This document shows, piece after piece, positions 34,944 to 48,170 of a stretch of 64,000 bases of DNA; position 1 is the stretch's first letter; every line of letters starts with the position of its first letter. This DNA is from Squalus acanthias (Eukaryota). The DNA lies in the NCBI GenBank assembly GCA_030390025.1, contig CM059433.1, positions 11,100,001 to 11,164,000 on the forward strand. Direction: 5' to 3'. The notes below the pieces were generated by a model. That model saw nothing but the letters and a program-made list of their open reading frames with translations. It had not been told where the DNA came from and ran no database searches. The position numbers were made by a program, and so were the translations under genes.

Positions 34944-35128
34944 CGGGATAAATTTTCTTCTTCACCGCACGGGCTGTAATCTGACGGAGTGCATCCCCGT
35001 CCGTTATAGAAACCCTCCAATTTTGACTCCATTGAAATCAATAGGATGAAAATCAGGCGGGTTCTCCAATGGACGGACGAGCCACTCTGCCAGATGACCG
35101 CCCATGAGGTGAGATGAAAATTTGCCCC
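34944..35128. mobile_element. Small palindromic MITE
   Basis: Termini CGGGATAAATTTTC / GAAAATTTGCCCC with imperfect inverted arms and a central ccattgaaatcaatagg. Confidence 0.55.
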
Positions 35129-35954
35129 AGCGCGTTTAATTTGGGCCTAAGCTCAGGCTCACGCAGCTGAAAGGTTAAGTTCCAGTCACCACCTCACTTG
35201 GTTCTTACTCTCCTGCCGACGTCAGCATGCTTTACGGATTAAATGCTATCACGATTTCTTGCTAACGGGAGTAATCAATAATTAATCAAATACTCAAGCT
35301 TAAATTGTTTAAATCTCATAAAAAGTGCAGTTGTGGGTCAGTTCACTCCTCTGTCAGTCAAAGCCAGTTACCAAGGCCCAACAGTCTCTTTACTTCCTTC
35401 AGTCTTGTCTGTCAATATTTTATGTGCAGTAAGTAAAAATGTGACCTTTGTAGCTCAAATATCAGCATCTGCATTCTTTTATAGTACAGACACCATGGGA
35501 ATATTTAAGCTTTTAAAAAAATTTTAAATGCTTACAAGGAAGCTTGTTAGAATGATTAATATTTTCTATTATACTAATTAATGTTGGACTGAACTCTGAA
35601 CGTCAAATGTGAATCTCTTTAAATTTTGCAAACTCAGATTATTTGGAAGCACCCTACTTTGGACTAGTTTGGATAGATTAACTTCAAAGGGGCAGGCCTC
35701 TTAAAAAAAGCACCACACACATTCTTAAAGGGGCAGGGTAACGCAAAAGAAATTAAGTGAAAATTCAGATTTTTTTAATTAACTGAATTTGGATTCACTT
35801 GGGTTTTTGTGTCCAGTTTAGTGTTCCAGCTCATTGGCTGCTTCCCCAGTCGACCACTCCTCATGAAAACTCTGCTACTTTAATCTGGTTTAACTAATCC
35901 TGCTCGAACAATTCCATAATCTGGGTTTATCGGTATTGATTTTTTTTAATTTGT

Positions 35955-37544
35955 GATAGAAACATAGAAGATAGGAGCAGGAGTAGGCCATTCGGCCCCT
36001 CGAGCCTGCTCCGCCATTCGATAAGATCATGGCTGATCATCCAAACTCAGTACCCTGTACCTGCCTTCTCCCCATATCCCTTGATACCTTTAGCTTTAAG
36101 AAATATATCTAACTCATCTTGAATATATTTAATGACTTGGCCTCAACTACCTTCTGTGGTAGAGAATTCCACAGGTTCACCACTCTCTGGGTGAAGAAAT
36201 TCTTCCTCATTTCTGTCCTAAATGGCTTACCCCTTATCCTTAGATTATGACCCCTGGTTCTGGACTCTCCGACCATCGGGAACATTCTTCCTGCATCTAG
36301 TTTGTCCAGACCTGTCAGAATTTTATATGTTTCGATGAGATCCCCTCTCATTCTTCTATACTCCAGCGAGTATAAGCCCAATCGACCCAATCTCTCCTCA
36401 TATGTCATTCCTGCCATCCCAGGTATCAGCCTTGTGAATCTTCGCTGAACTCCCTCCATGGCAAGAACATCCTTCCTCAGATAAGGCGACCAAAACTGCA
36501 CACAATACTCAAGGTGTGGTCTCACCAAGGCCCTGTACAACTGCAGCAGGACATCCCTGTTCCTATACTCAAACCCTTTCGCTATGAAGGCCAACATACC
36601 ATTTGCCTTCTTCACCGCCTGCTGCACCTGCATGCTTACCTTCAGCAACTGGTGCGCAAGGACACCCAGGTCTCGTTGCACTTCCCCTTCTCCCAATCTA
36701 TTGCCATTCAGATAATAGTCTGCCTTTCTGTTTTTGACACCAAAGTGGATAACCTCGCATTTATCCACGTTATATTGCATCTGCCACGCTTCTGCCCACT
36801 CACCCAACCTGTCCAAATCATCCTGGAGTTTCTCGGTATCCTCCTCGCAGCACACACACCCACCCAGCTTTGTGTCATCTGCAAACTTGGAGATATTACA
36901 TTTAGTTCCCTTATCTAGATCATTAATGTATATTGTGAATAGCTGGGGTCCAAGGACCGATCCCTGCGGTACCCCACTAGTCACTGCTTGCCACTCGGAA
37001 AAAGACCCATTAATTCCTACTCTTTGCTTTCTGTCCGCCAACCAGTTCTCTATCCAAGTCAATACCTTGCCCCCAATCCCATGTGCCTTAACTTTACACG
37101 CTAATCTCTTATGCGGGACCTTATCGAAAGCCTTTTGAAAGTCCAAATACACCACATCAACTGGTTCTCCCTTATCTATTTTCCCAGTTACATCCTCAAA
37201 AAATTCCAGTAGATTAGTCAAGCACGATTTACCTTTTGTAAATCCATGTTGACTTTGTCCGATCCTGTCACTGTTTTTCAAGTGCTCAGCTATTACATCC
37301 TTTATAATGGACTCTAGCATTTTCCCCACTACCGATGTCAGGCTTACCGGTCTCCGCTTTCTCTCTACCACCCTTTTTGAATAGTGGGGTAACATTAGCT
37401 ACCCTCCAATCCATGGGTACAGTTCCAGATTCCATCGAATGTTGGAAGATGATCAGCAATGCATCTACTATTTCTAGAGCCACCTCCTTAAGTACCCTAG
37501 GATGTAGATTATCAGGCCCTGGGGATTTATCGGCCTTCAATCCC
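35955..37544 (-). mobile_element. CR1 LINE, 5'-truncated, with RT domain (frameshifted)
   Basis: KSPGPD..HPRVLKE, RPVSLTSVVGK, QHGF.KGKSCLTNL, YLDFQKAFDKVPH, GVPQGSVLGP, KFADDTKL. Confidence 0.97.
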
Positions 37545-37834
37545 GATAGCAGCTATTTCTCTTGACCATTTTTATTCATACGCCAGTAAAGCAGTGGAAT
37601 CCTACTTTTGGAGATGGCTTTTGAAATCCAATTATAGAGGCAGAGTGAAGATCCTAGCACAGCGACCGAAAGTTGCCTTTGAGTTTAAAGGTTGACTTTG
37701 GTGGCACACTGGGCCAAAATTTCTATTCAGTTGCTATTGTACATAAGTTCTATTTTATGTGGGATATTCCCAAATTCCTCATGCTAATAAAGTTTCTTCT
37801 ACTGATCATTATAACATCTGCTTTGAGCACAAGA

Positions 37835-38643
37835 TTACATAGAGTTACATAGAAATGACAGCGCAGAAACAGGCCAGTTAACTCAACTGGTCCATGCCGG
37901 TGTTTAAGCACTGGAGAGGTACCACCAACGCTGCCTCCACAAGATCCTGCAAATCCATTGGCAGGATAGGCGCATCAACGTCAGTGTTCTCGCTCAGACC
38001 AACATCCCCAGCATCGAAGCTTTGACCACGCTCGATCAGCTCCGATGGATGGATCACATCATCTGCATGCCCGATACGAGACTGCCAAAACAAGCGCTCT
38101 ACTCAGACCTCCGACACAGCAAGAGAGCACCAGGTGGGCAGAGGAAACGCTTCAAGGACACCCTCAAAGCCTCCTTTGAAAAAGTGCAACATCCCCCACC
38201 GACACCTGGGAATCCCTGGCCCAAGACCGCACAAAGTGGAGGAGAAGCATCCGGGAAGGTGCCGAGCACCTCGAGTCTCTTCGCCGGGAGCAAGCGGAAG
38301 CCAAGCGCAAACAGCGGAAGGAGCGCACGTCAACCCAAGCACCCCACCCACCCGCCCCTTCAACCACCGTCTGCCCCACCTGTGACAGAGACTGTAGGTC
38401 CCGCATTGGACTCATCAGTCACCTGAGAACTCATTTTTAATGTGGAAGCAAGTCATCCTCGGTTCCAAGGGACTGCCTAAGAATGAAGAGAAGCTCTACA
38501 CGAGCCTTCTTCATTTAACTCTATCAACATATCCTTCTATTCCTTTCTCCCTCATGTACTTATCTTGCTTCTCCTTAAATGTTTCTATGCTAGTCACCTC
38601 AAGTGCTCCACGTGGTACTGAGTTCCACATTCTAACCACTCTC
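37835..38643 (-). mobile_element. CR1 3' tail fragment split by an RTE insertion
   Basis: ccatgccggtgttta|...|gctctacacgagcc joins to the tail seen at 1730-2130. Confidence 0.75.
37907..38491 (+). mobile_element. RTE-clade LINE 3' fragment
   Basis: QLRW..HI..MPDTRLPKQALYS.L..KR.PGGQRKRFKD; near-identical to 40345-41109. Confidence 0.9.
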
Positions 38644-38647
38644 TGAT

Positions 38648-39696
38648 TAGAACATAAGAACATAAGAACATAAGAAATAGGAGCAGGAGTAGGCCAATCG
38701 GCCCCTCGAGCCTGCTCCGCCATTCAATAAGATCATGGTTGATCTGATCCTAACCTCAAATCTAAAGAACACAAGAAGTAGGAGCAGGACCCGGCCACTC
38801 AGCCCCTGGGCCCGCTCCGCCACCCACAGGGCCTTGACCGATCCGAACTCAGCCTCATGTCCAAATTCCTGCCCGCTCCCCGTAACCCCTAATTCCCTTT
38901 ACTTCTAGGAAACTGTCTATTTCTGTTTTAAATTTATTTAATGATGTAGCTTCCACAGCTTCCTGGGGCAGCAAATTCCACAGACCTACTACCCTCTGAG
39001 TGAAGAAGTTTCTCCTCATCTCAGTTTTGAAAGAGCAGCCCCTTATTCTAAGATTATGCCCCCTAGTTCTAGTTTCACCCATCCTTGGGAACATCCTTAC
39101 CGCATCCACCCGATCAAGCCCCTTCACAATCTTATATGGTTGAATAAGATCGCCTCTCATTCTTCTGAACTCCAATGAGTAGAGTCCCAATCTACTCAAC
39201 CTCTCCTCATATGTCCACCCCCTCATCCCCGGGATTAACCGAGTGAACCTTCTTTGTACTGCCTCGAGAGCAAGTATGTCTTTTCTTAAGTATGGACACC
39301 AAAACTGTATGCAGTATTCCAGGTGTGGTCTCACCAATACCTTATATAACTGCAGCAATACCTCCCTGTTTTTATAATCTATCCCCCTAGCAATAAAAGC
39401 CAACATTCCGTTGGCCTTCTTGATCACCTGCTGCACCTGCATACTAACTTTTTGATTTTCTTGCACTAGGACCCCCAGATCCCTTTGTACTGCAGTACTT
39501 TCCAGTTTCTCGCCATTAAGATAATAACTTGCTCTCTGATTTTTCCTGCCAAAGTGCATAACCTCACATTTTCCAATATTGTATTGCATCTGCCAAATCT
39601 CCGCCCACTCACCCAGCCTGTATATATCCCCTTGTAGGTTTTTTATGTCCTCCTCACTTTCTACTTTCCCTCCCATCTTTGTATCAGAGACAAACT
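38648..39696 (-). mobile_element. CR1 LINE 3' fragment with duplicated 3' UTR
   Basis: ORF 38855-39721 (WQMQYN..KCEVMHFG, LVRPHLEYC, FFTQRVV). Confidence 0.95.
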
Positions 39697-39825
39697 CAAA
39701 ACTCTGCATTGTCAAAGTCATTATAATTTATTAGCTAATTACAAACGATAACATTTGTAGCCTGTGGCTAGTGACACAGATATTTTTATGGACTTTTAAA
39801 CTTGATATTTAAAATGTCAGTTCTT

Positions 39826-40344
39826 GTCACCACACTTTAGGAAGGATGTGAAGGCCCTTGAGATGGTGCAGAGGCGATTTACCAGAATGGTTCTGGGGAT
39901 GGAGGATCTTAGCTACAAGGTCAGGTTGGAGAAGCTGGATTTGTTTTCATTGGAGCAAAGGAGGTTGAGGGGTGATTTGATAGAGGTGTACAAGATTATG
40001 ACGAGTTTGGATAGGCTAGACGGGGAATGGCTGTTCCCACTAGTTGATGGTACAAGGACTAGGGGAAGACAGATTTAAGGTTTTGGGCAAGAGATACAGG
40101 GGGAATGTGAGGGAAAACTTTTTTACGCAGCGAGTGGTGAGGACCTGGAACTTGCTGCTGATGGAAGTGGTGGAAGTGGAGACACTCAATGTTTTCAAGG
40201 GGAGACTGGATAGGCACTTGAGGGAAATAAACTTGCAGGACTACGGGGATAGAGCGGGGGAATGGGACTGACTGGATTGTTCTGCAAAGAGCCGGCACAG
40301 ACTCGATAGGCCGAATGGCCTCCTTCTGTGCCGTTATGACTCTA
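39826..40344 (+). mobile_element. CR1 LINE 3' fragment
   Basis: SPHFRKDVKALE.VQRRFTRM..., frameshifted; same subfamily as 7517-8228. Confidence 0.92.
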
Positions 40345-41109
40345 GGACGAAGTCCAACACCACCTTCAGTGTGCCAGTGCAGCCTTCAGTCGCCTGAGGA
40401 AGAGAGTGTTTGAAGACCAGGACCTCAAACCCGGCACTAAGCTCATGGTCTACAGAGCAGCAGTGATACCCGCCCTGCTGTATGCCTCAGAGACATGGAC
40501 CATGTACAGCAGGCACCTCAAAGCACTGGAGAGGTACCACCAACGCTGCCTCCGCAAGATCCTGCAAATCCATTGGCAGGATAGGCGCACCAACGTCAGT
40601 GTTCTTGCTCAGGCCAACATCCCCAGCATCGAAGCTTTGACCACGCTCGATCAGCTCCGATGGACGGGTCACATTGTCCGCATGCCCGATACCGGACTCC
40701 CAAAACAAGCGCTCTACTCAGAGCTCCAGCACGGCAAGAGAGACCCAGGTGGGCAGAGGAAACGCTTCAAGGACATCCTCAAAGCCTCCTTGAAAAAGTG
40801 TAACATGTCCACCGACACCTTGGAATCCCTGGCCCAAGACCGCACAAAGTGGAGGAGAAGCATCCAGAAAGGCGCCGAACACCTCGAGTCTCTTCGTCGG
40901 GAGCAAGCAGAAGCCAAGCGCAGGAAGCGCAAGGAGCACACGTCAACCCAAGCACCCCACCCACCTGCTCCTTCAACCACCGTCTGCCCCACCTGTGAAA
41001 GAGACTGTAGGTCCCGCATTGGACTCATCAGTCACCTGCGAACTCATTTTTAATGTGGAAGCAAGTCATCTCGGTTCTGAGGGACTGCCTAAGAAGAAGA
41101 AGAAGAAGA
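40345..41109 (+). mobile_element. RTE-clade LINE 3' fragment with C-terminal C2H2 finger
   Basis: ORF 40406-41053 TKLMVYRAAVIPALLYASETWT...CLRKILQIHWQD..TN..VL...CPTCERDCRSRIGLISHLRTH; (AAG)n tail. Confidence 0.93.
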
Positions 41110-41110
41110 T

Positions 41111-42009
41111 GGGGGAAAAATTCAGTATCGCCCCATTTGGGGCGCAATTATCGGCCGGGTGCAACGATTAGTGCCTAGCGCTAATTATCGCCTCCGACTG
41201 CAAAATTGGCTTTTATCGCCCCTGGAGGTGATTGGAGCGCTAAATCAGGCGCTGCACACCTGTCTTAAGGCGCAAAGGCCGAGGAGCGAGGCGCTACCTC
41301 AGAGCGCTGGCGAAGCTCATGTGATGTCAGTCAGCAATGGAACACAGACACAATGGCACTGGCCAGTTCTTAAAGGGGAGGGTCGATCTTGCTCTCCATC
41401 CACATCCTGCTCATTGCAGCCTTGAATCTTGGCCTGGAGAGACCTGTACATCAAATCTGCTGGAAAGAACAATGCAGAGACCCAGGGAATGAGCTCAGAG
41501 TGCAGCCCCCACAGTCTCTTCTAAATTGATACAAGGAAGGGCAAATCAAAATGAACCTGCAAAGTGCTGCTCAGTACCCCAAACTCCTTCACACAGCGTT
41601 GAATCTCTCCAGAAGTCTCTCTCTCTCTCTCTCTCTCAGAATGCGTGGTTCAAAAATGTCACCAACAAAAAAAGGCAGGAAGCGGTCGCCTTTAAATAGC
41701 GCTCCCCCAGTCCCTTCCTGACTGCAAAACGCTCCCCTCAACCTGTCGTTGCTAGCGGCAGGCGGTAAGGCAGGGGGCGCCACTCAATATCCGGTCCGGG
41801 GCACTACCGGGGCGTTGCAGCACTGGACTGACGTCACAATCTGCCGGCGCAGGAGATCGTGGCGGTAGTGTTTAGCGCCGCCGCAAAATGTCTAGTTAAT
41901 TTCGCGAGCGGAGCAAACATCGCCGCGCACGGGCGCTAGTTGCTTTGCGCCCCATTAGCGCCCTCTTAAGGCGCTAACGGGAGGCGCAAACCAACTGAAT
42001 TTTTCCCCC
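41111..42009. mobile_element. Harbinger-type non-autonomous element
   Basis: 16-bp perfect TIR GGGGGAAAAATTCAGT; GCGC/GGCGCT-rich arms; inward-facing TTAAAGGG / CCTTTAAATA motifs as in element B. Confidence 0.85.
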
Positions 42010-42399
42010 TATGACTATGTATACAATTATACTCTAAGTTTTAAGAGATGTGTAATGCAGGGCCATGTCCTGCCAAAATAAACTGGCCTGGAATTCTTTG
42101 GTAGATCATAAAACCAGAGTTCTATTAATTTTTATAGTGAATGTGATGTGCGTGATGTGGTCTGCCTGCATAAGTGCGAGACTCTCAGCTATCAGAAACA
42201 CACTGCCACACCAAAGTTGTATGAGTTTATTTATTGGTCCTGCATTTTAATAGTTTTTTTAAGGGATTAGGCAGCGTTTGGTTTACTCTTGTGCGAGGCG
42301 TATTGCTTCAGTATTGGCAAACCATTGGTAAACAGAGGTCAAAGTATTATTCAGAACAAATATTCAAAGAGAAAAAATTCAGGAAGCCTCCTCCTTAAA

Positions 42400-42873
42400 A
42401 AAGAAAGAAAGACTTGCATTTATACAGCGCCTTTTATGACCACCGGATGTCTCAAAGCGCTTTACAGCCAATGAAGTACCTTTTTGAAGTGGAGTCACTG
42501 TTGTAATGTGGGAAACGCGGCAGCCAACTTGCGCACAGCAAGCTCCCACAAACACAAATGTGATAATGACCAGATAATCTGTTTTTGTTATGTTGGTTGA
42601 GGGATAAATATTGACCAGGACACTGGGGATAACTCCTCTGCTCTTCTTCGAAATAGTGCCATGGGTTCTTTTACATCCACCTGATAGAGCAGACGGGGCC
42701 TCGGTTTAACATCTCATCCGAAAGACGGCACCTCCGACAGTGCAGCACTCCCTCAGCACTGCACTGGAGTGTCAGCCTAGCTTTAATGTGCTCAAGTCCC
42801 TGCAGTGGGGACTGTGAACCCACAACCTTCTTGACTGAGAGGCGAGTGTGCTACCCACTGAGCCACAGCTGAC
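42400..42873 (-). mobile_element. Full-length Deu-domain tRNA SINE (SacSINE1-like)
   Basis: Minus-strand A box TGGCTCAGTGGGT, B box GGTTCA..TCC, Deu-like core, L2-like tail aatgcaagtc(tttc)n. Confidence 0.88.
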
Positions 42874-44053
42874 AAGTATCAGGTAGGCTCCGTTGGTGAC
42901 GTTCCCACCATCTGCTATGTTAATTGTGATATACTAGCGACATCTCATGACGATGCTCACAGTAAGCCAGATGATACACTTATTTAAAATGACAGGAGCA
43001 TTATACTATGTCCTACACATTGTATTATTCTTGTGTTTAAAGTGGTTGACCCCTATTAGAATGCAAAGGCAAACACGCTGAGCTCAAATCTAGGTCAATT
43101 GTCTTTGTGCTGGAACTTTGCAGATTGGCAGGTGCTTGTAAATGTCTGGCTCCAGGTTAAAAGGAGTCAGTATAAAATTACTAGCATATAAAGTTGGCCG
43201 CACACACACACACATTTCCGGCTAGAAGTGCACCGACTGCGTTGGAAAGGGGAAAAAAAATAGGCACAAGCAAATAAGGGACCCAATACCTGTTTGAGGC
43301 CCCAACTTCAAGATTGGCTGCATCAAGCACAACTAGACCTGGGGACCCCCTGCCACCCAAAAGTTAAGTTTTTCACATTTTCTTCGCTGAATGTGGCGCC
43401 ATGAGGCGCAGGAGTCTGACCCCTGGCCTCCTCTCCCAACCCCCTTCCCCCAGTATCCAATCCTTCCGCTCCCACCCCCATCCCTGGCCCTCAGTCCTGA
43501 CCCCCCTATCCTCCACCCCGGCCTCTGTTCCCGACTCCCGGCTTCAGCTACCCGAGGGCTGCTGTGATGCGAGAAGTGGCCCGATCTTGGCTATTTCTTC
43601 ACCAGTTGGCTGTTAGTACCACGCGCAGTGCCTCTGAAGTGAGGCCCAAGGCGTAATATTAGTGGTCGTACCAGGCCTCACTATTCAGGGGCAGGGCATG
43701 TACCCTGCACACCCCCGCATGCCCAAAAATGGGCCCACCCGAATTTCCAGGCCACTTCTTTGTTGCTCTTTTTTTTATATTTGATGCTTTCTAGTGTGAT
43801 GGCTGATGTGTGATGATGCTTTCAAAATTAGCATTTATACATTACCAGATCTCCTGATACATCACTTATGGTGAATCAGAGGATACGCTGTTTTATAACA
43901 ATCGGGATGTTCATGCCATGTAGGGCAAAACATCAGGGATACTGATTTATAATGACTGAATCAGTCAAATTCCATTTTATTACAAGTTATCGTGGGATTT
44001 TTTTCCCAGTGTGTTGAGAGTCACACTCCATCGCTGTCCATTAAGCAGTGAAA

Positions 44054-44680
44054 ACAACAACCACAACAACAACTTATATTTATATAGCGCCTTTAACATA
44101 GTAAAACGTCCCAAGGTGCTTCACAGGAGTATTAAAAGACAAAAAAAAAATATTTGACACCGAGCCACATAAGGAGCAATTAGGGCAGGTGACCAAAAGC
44201 TTGGTTAAAGAGGTAGGTTTTAAGGAGCGTCTTAAAGGAGGAAAGAGAGGTAGCGAGGCGGAGAGGTTTAGGCAGGGAATTCCAGAGCTTAGGGCCTAGG
44301 CAACAGAAGGCACGACCATCAATGGTTGAGCGATTATAATCAGGGATGCTCAAGAGACCAGAATTGGAGGAGCGCAGATATCTTGGGGGGGTTATGGGGC
44401 TGAAGGAGATTACAGAGTGAGGGAGGGGCGGGGCCATGGATCGATTTGAAAACAAGGATGAGAATTTTGAAATCGAGGTGTTGCTTAACCGGGAGCCAAC
44501 AACTTTACGTAGGGTAGAGTGTGGGAGGCCAGCCAGGAGTGCATTGGAAAAGTCAAGTCTAGAGGTAACAAAGGCATGGAGGAGGATTTCAGCAGCGGAT
44601 GAGCTGAGGCAAGGGCGGAGACGGGCGATGTTACGGAGGTGGAAATAGGTGGTCTTAGTTATGCTGCGGATATGTGGTTG
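44054..44680 (-). mobile_element. L2 LINE 3' fragment (internal deletion)
   Basis: GRAFCCLGPKLWNSLP...FKTLLKTYLFNQAFGHLP*; (ttg)n tail. Confidence 0.92.
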
Positions 44681-45300
44681 GAATATGGGCTTTGGTTCAC
44701 TAATGGATTGCTGGTATCTGTTAGCAATGAGGTGAGGGGAAAGGCACCGGCCTCACACATGGTGGGAGAGAGGTTCTGAGTCTGGCAGCACTAGTTTGTA
44801 AGTTTTTAACTGATCCGTGCAGTCATTGTTTTATGACTCCATTCCTGGATGTGTGTCTCTCTGTGTCAGACTGTCTCGTCTGTGGCTCTTCACATGTATA
44901 TCTCTCTTCCTCTATCTCTCGTGCGCTGTTCGTGCCTGTGTCTGTCTTTGTCTCACAGCTGTCATTATTTAAAATGTTCACATTTTCAAATTATCACCAA
45001 AACACAAATGATCATAATCAGAGCCTGAGAAGCTTTCAAATCTCAAGTCATTTGCTTTTTCAAATTTAAAAAACTTAAATTAAGATGAGGAAATACGGAA
45101 GGGGCAGTTAAATGGAGTGGCCTTGCTGATCCCTTGCCCCAATCCTCATGAATATATTAAAATCCAGGTCCTCTCATGTAATGCCATTTTTATTAAAATC
45201 GTAGAAGTCCCTCTCAGTGCCTAAACTTCCAGTAAAACCTGGAGGGATTGGTCTCTCAGAGTCGCTGAAGCGGTATTCAAAAGGCAACTCACCTGTAGCT

Positions 45301-45929
45301 CACCTCACCTGTACCTCCGTTCAGTCCGTAAGGGTGACCCCGAGCTTCCGGTCGCCTGTCACTTTAATTCTCCGCTCCACTCCCACTCTGACCTCTCCGT
45401 CCTGGGCCTCTTACACTGTTCCAATGAAGCTCAACATAAGCTCGAGGAACAGCACCTCATCTTTCGATTAGGCACTTTACAGCCTTCTGGACTCAACATC
45501 GAGTTCAACAATTTCAGACCATAACCTCTGCCCCTATCTTTTTTTTCCTATCTCTCACATGGCAGCTGTCGATCATTCTGCCATCGCCATTTACACTTCA
45601 TCCAGAGTCATCTTTTGTTTCTTAACTTGTCCCATTACCATCTCCTTTTGCCTTGCACCATCATCCCTTTTGTCTCTTAATCTCTCCTGCCTTCCATCCT
45701 ATCACCGACCTTCCCTTTTGTTCTTTCCTCCCCTCCCCCCTCTCCTGCCCCTCCCCCCTCTCCCTGCCCCTCCCCCTCTCCCTGCCCCTACACCTGCTTA
45801 AAAACCTGTTCCATCTCCAACTTTTTCCAGTTCTGACGAAGGGTCATCAACCTGAAACGTTAAATCTGTTTCTCTCGCTACAGATGCTGCCTGACCTGCT
45901 GAGTATTTCCAGCATTTTCTGTTTTTATT
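45301..45929 (+). mobile_element. Penelope-like element 3' fragment (GIY-YIG C-terminus plus pLTR)
   Basis: LPVACHFNSP.HSHSDLSVLGL...KLEEQHLIFRLGTLQPSGLNIEF; 12-bp TSD TCACCTGTAGCT (45289-45300, 45930-45941). Confidence 0.9.
45829..45865 (+). ncRNA. Hammerhead ribozyme motif, degenerate copy
   Basis: AGUU-CUGACGA-A-GGGUC(AUC)AACCU-GAAAC-GUU-AAAU; core intact, one mismatch each in stems I and II. Confidence 0.65.
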
Positions 45930-46633
45930 TCACCTGTAGCTAAGTGAATCACGGGATCTTTGTGGACTGCCGGAAGAGTTTTCAGCTTCCAGATCGCTTC
46001 TTTCTCACTGTTTTTTGCCATTTCATCCCTTGTAAGCTCGATCGGCTTATCATGGGTGCTATTATTGCCAGTTTCATTGGGAGGGCAGAACACTTGGAGG
46101 GAGGGGAGCAGCAGAAGCATCAGCAACCAGCAGCAGCTGGGCATGTCAGAAGACAGCAGATGGGAGGAGCTAATCGTAGGAGGCCATACCCATTACAGGC
46201 CAAGAGTCAAGCTTTAGATCGATCCTAGGAGAAGTGCATCAGAAGGCTGCGTTTCTCCAGACAAGCTGTTGCAGACCTCTGCAGCCTTCTACAACAGGAC
46301 CTGCTGCCTACTGGACCAGGGGGGGGGGGCCATACTTTTCCCCTGCCTGCGAAAGTCACTGCAGCCCTTAACTTCTTTGCCACTGGCTCCTTTCAGCGGA
46401 CATCAGCTGCACCTCCCACTCTGCAGTGCACAGCTTCATTCAGCAGGTCACCGGCACCCAGTTTGCCAGGGCTGACCAAGTATATCACCTTACCCATGAC
46501 CTCAACAGGCGAGAGCTCGAGGATTTGCAGTAGTGGCTGCCTCCCCCTCATATCCAAGGCGTCATTGACTGCACACATGTTGCCATCAGGGCAGCATAAC
46601 ACCAGCCAGCTGCATTCATCAACAGAAAACAGT

Positions 46634-47369
46634 GGCCCATATTTTCCGATCCCTACGGGCGTGTAGGAGCTGTGTACACACCCGGAGGGACCTCGCAAGT
46701 GCCAGTTTCAGGCATGCGAAGCGCGTGCGCTGAAAACCGGCACTTCCAATCTGTCAAGAATCATCTTGACAGATCGGACACCTGCCCTGGAGAAGGGCCT
46801 CTGCAGGGGGATAGTTCCGCTTTCTGCAGAATCTCTGCCCACTGAAAACCCTCAGAAATCTTATGCCTGGTAAAAGCAGTCTACGGCCTGCTTTTACCAG
46901 CGTAAGAGTTTAAAAAAGTAAAAAAATATTATTTTTCCCACTCATTTATAATTTTAAAATACTTTTAAAAAAGGTAAGTTTATTTTTAGCCCCTTAAAAA
47001 ACTTCAATTTTTGTTTAAAATATTTAATTTAATGTAATTTTAACTCATTTTAAAAACGTGATTTAAAAAAATGTATTTAATGTTTTGATGTGTTTTTTGA
47101 GTGATCCCCATTCATGCTTTTGACAGGTCTAACCTGTCAAAAGTATGAAGGAGGATTCCTTCTTTCATTGGTTCCCCATGGTCCACGTGATCTCAGGGGC
47201 GCTTGCGAACCGCCTGCGCCCCTGGGATACCTGGGCCCTGCGCATTTCGTAGAGCAGAGGCCCAGGAGCAGAAATGTCCGGACCTCGGGAGCCCTCAGGT
47301 AAGGGCGTAGATTTTTTCCAGATCGGAGGCCTCCGCACACAGGAAGCCTCCAATCGGAAAATACGGGCC
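46634..47369. mobile_element. Harbinger-type MITE related to 145-907, inserted in the transposase
   Basis: TIR GGCCCATATTTTCCGAT / ATCGGAAAATACGGGCC; 47115-47285 homologous to the reverse complement of 230-400. Confidence 0.87.
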
Positions 47370-47703
47370 ATTATCACTCCATTAATGTCCAGGCTCATGT
47401 AAGTTTGTGCAATGTACCCAGGCAGCTGGCTTGGAGCATTTATCCTGCGCCAGTCCACCATCCCCTCAATATTCGACCCTCTCAGGAACTGTGGTAGAAC
47501 GGCTGCTGGAGGACAAGGGATAACCCCTACACACATGGCTCTTGACACCCCTCTGCAACCCCACCACACATGAGCAACACAGATATAATAAAAGCCAAGG
47601 GACCACCAGGATTATTATTGAGTACACCATATGGATGCTGAAGCAGAGGTTCAGGTGTCTCCACAGGTCTGGGGTCTCCCTTCAATATGCCCCACAAAGA
47701 GTC

Positions 47704-48170
47704 ATAAGAACATAAGAACATAAGACGTAGGAGCAGGAGTAGGTCATTCGGCCCCTCGAGCCTGCTCCGCCATTCAATAAGATCATGGCTGATCTGATCT
47801 TGGCCTCAACTCCACTTCCCTGCCCGCTCCCCATAACCCTTGACTCCCCTTTCATTCAAAAATCTGTCTATCTCCACCTTAAATATAATCAATGACCCAG
47901 CCTCCACAGCTCTCTGGGGAAGAGAATTCCAAAGATTCATGACCCTCTGAGAGAAGAAATTCCTCCTCATTGCCGATTTAAAAGGGTTTCCCCTTATTCT
48001 GAAATTATGCCCCCCTAGTTCTAGATTCCCCCACGAGGGGAAACATCCTCTCAGCATCTATCCTGTCCAACCCCCTCAGAATCTTATATGTTTCAATAAG
48101 ATCACCTCTCATTCTTCTAAACTCCAATGAGTATAGGCCCAACCTGCTCAACCTTTCTTCATAAGACAAT
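47704..48170 (-). mobile_element. CR1 LINE 3' fragment inside the transposase
   Basis: LSYEERLSRLGLYSLEFRRMRGDLIE, RNFFSQRV.NLWNSLP. Confidence 0.92.

Noticed and set aside
40980..41050. C2H2 zinc-finger transcription factor
   Set aside because: A single finger at the C-terminus of an RTE LINE ORF, duplicated at ~38370-38435
41111..42009. CpG-island promoter of a host gene
   Set aside because: The CpG-rich arms are bounded by perfect 16-bp TIRs, so this is a young MITE
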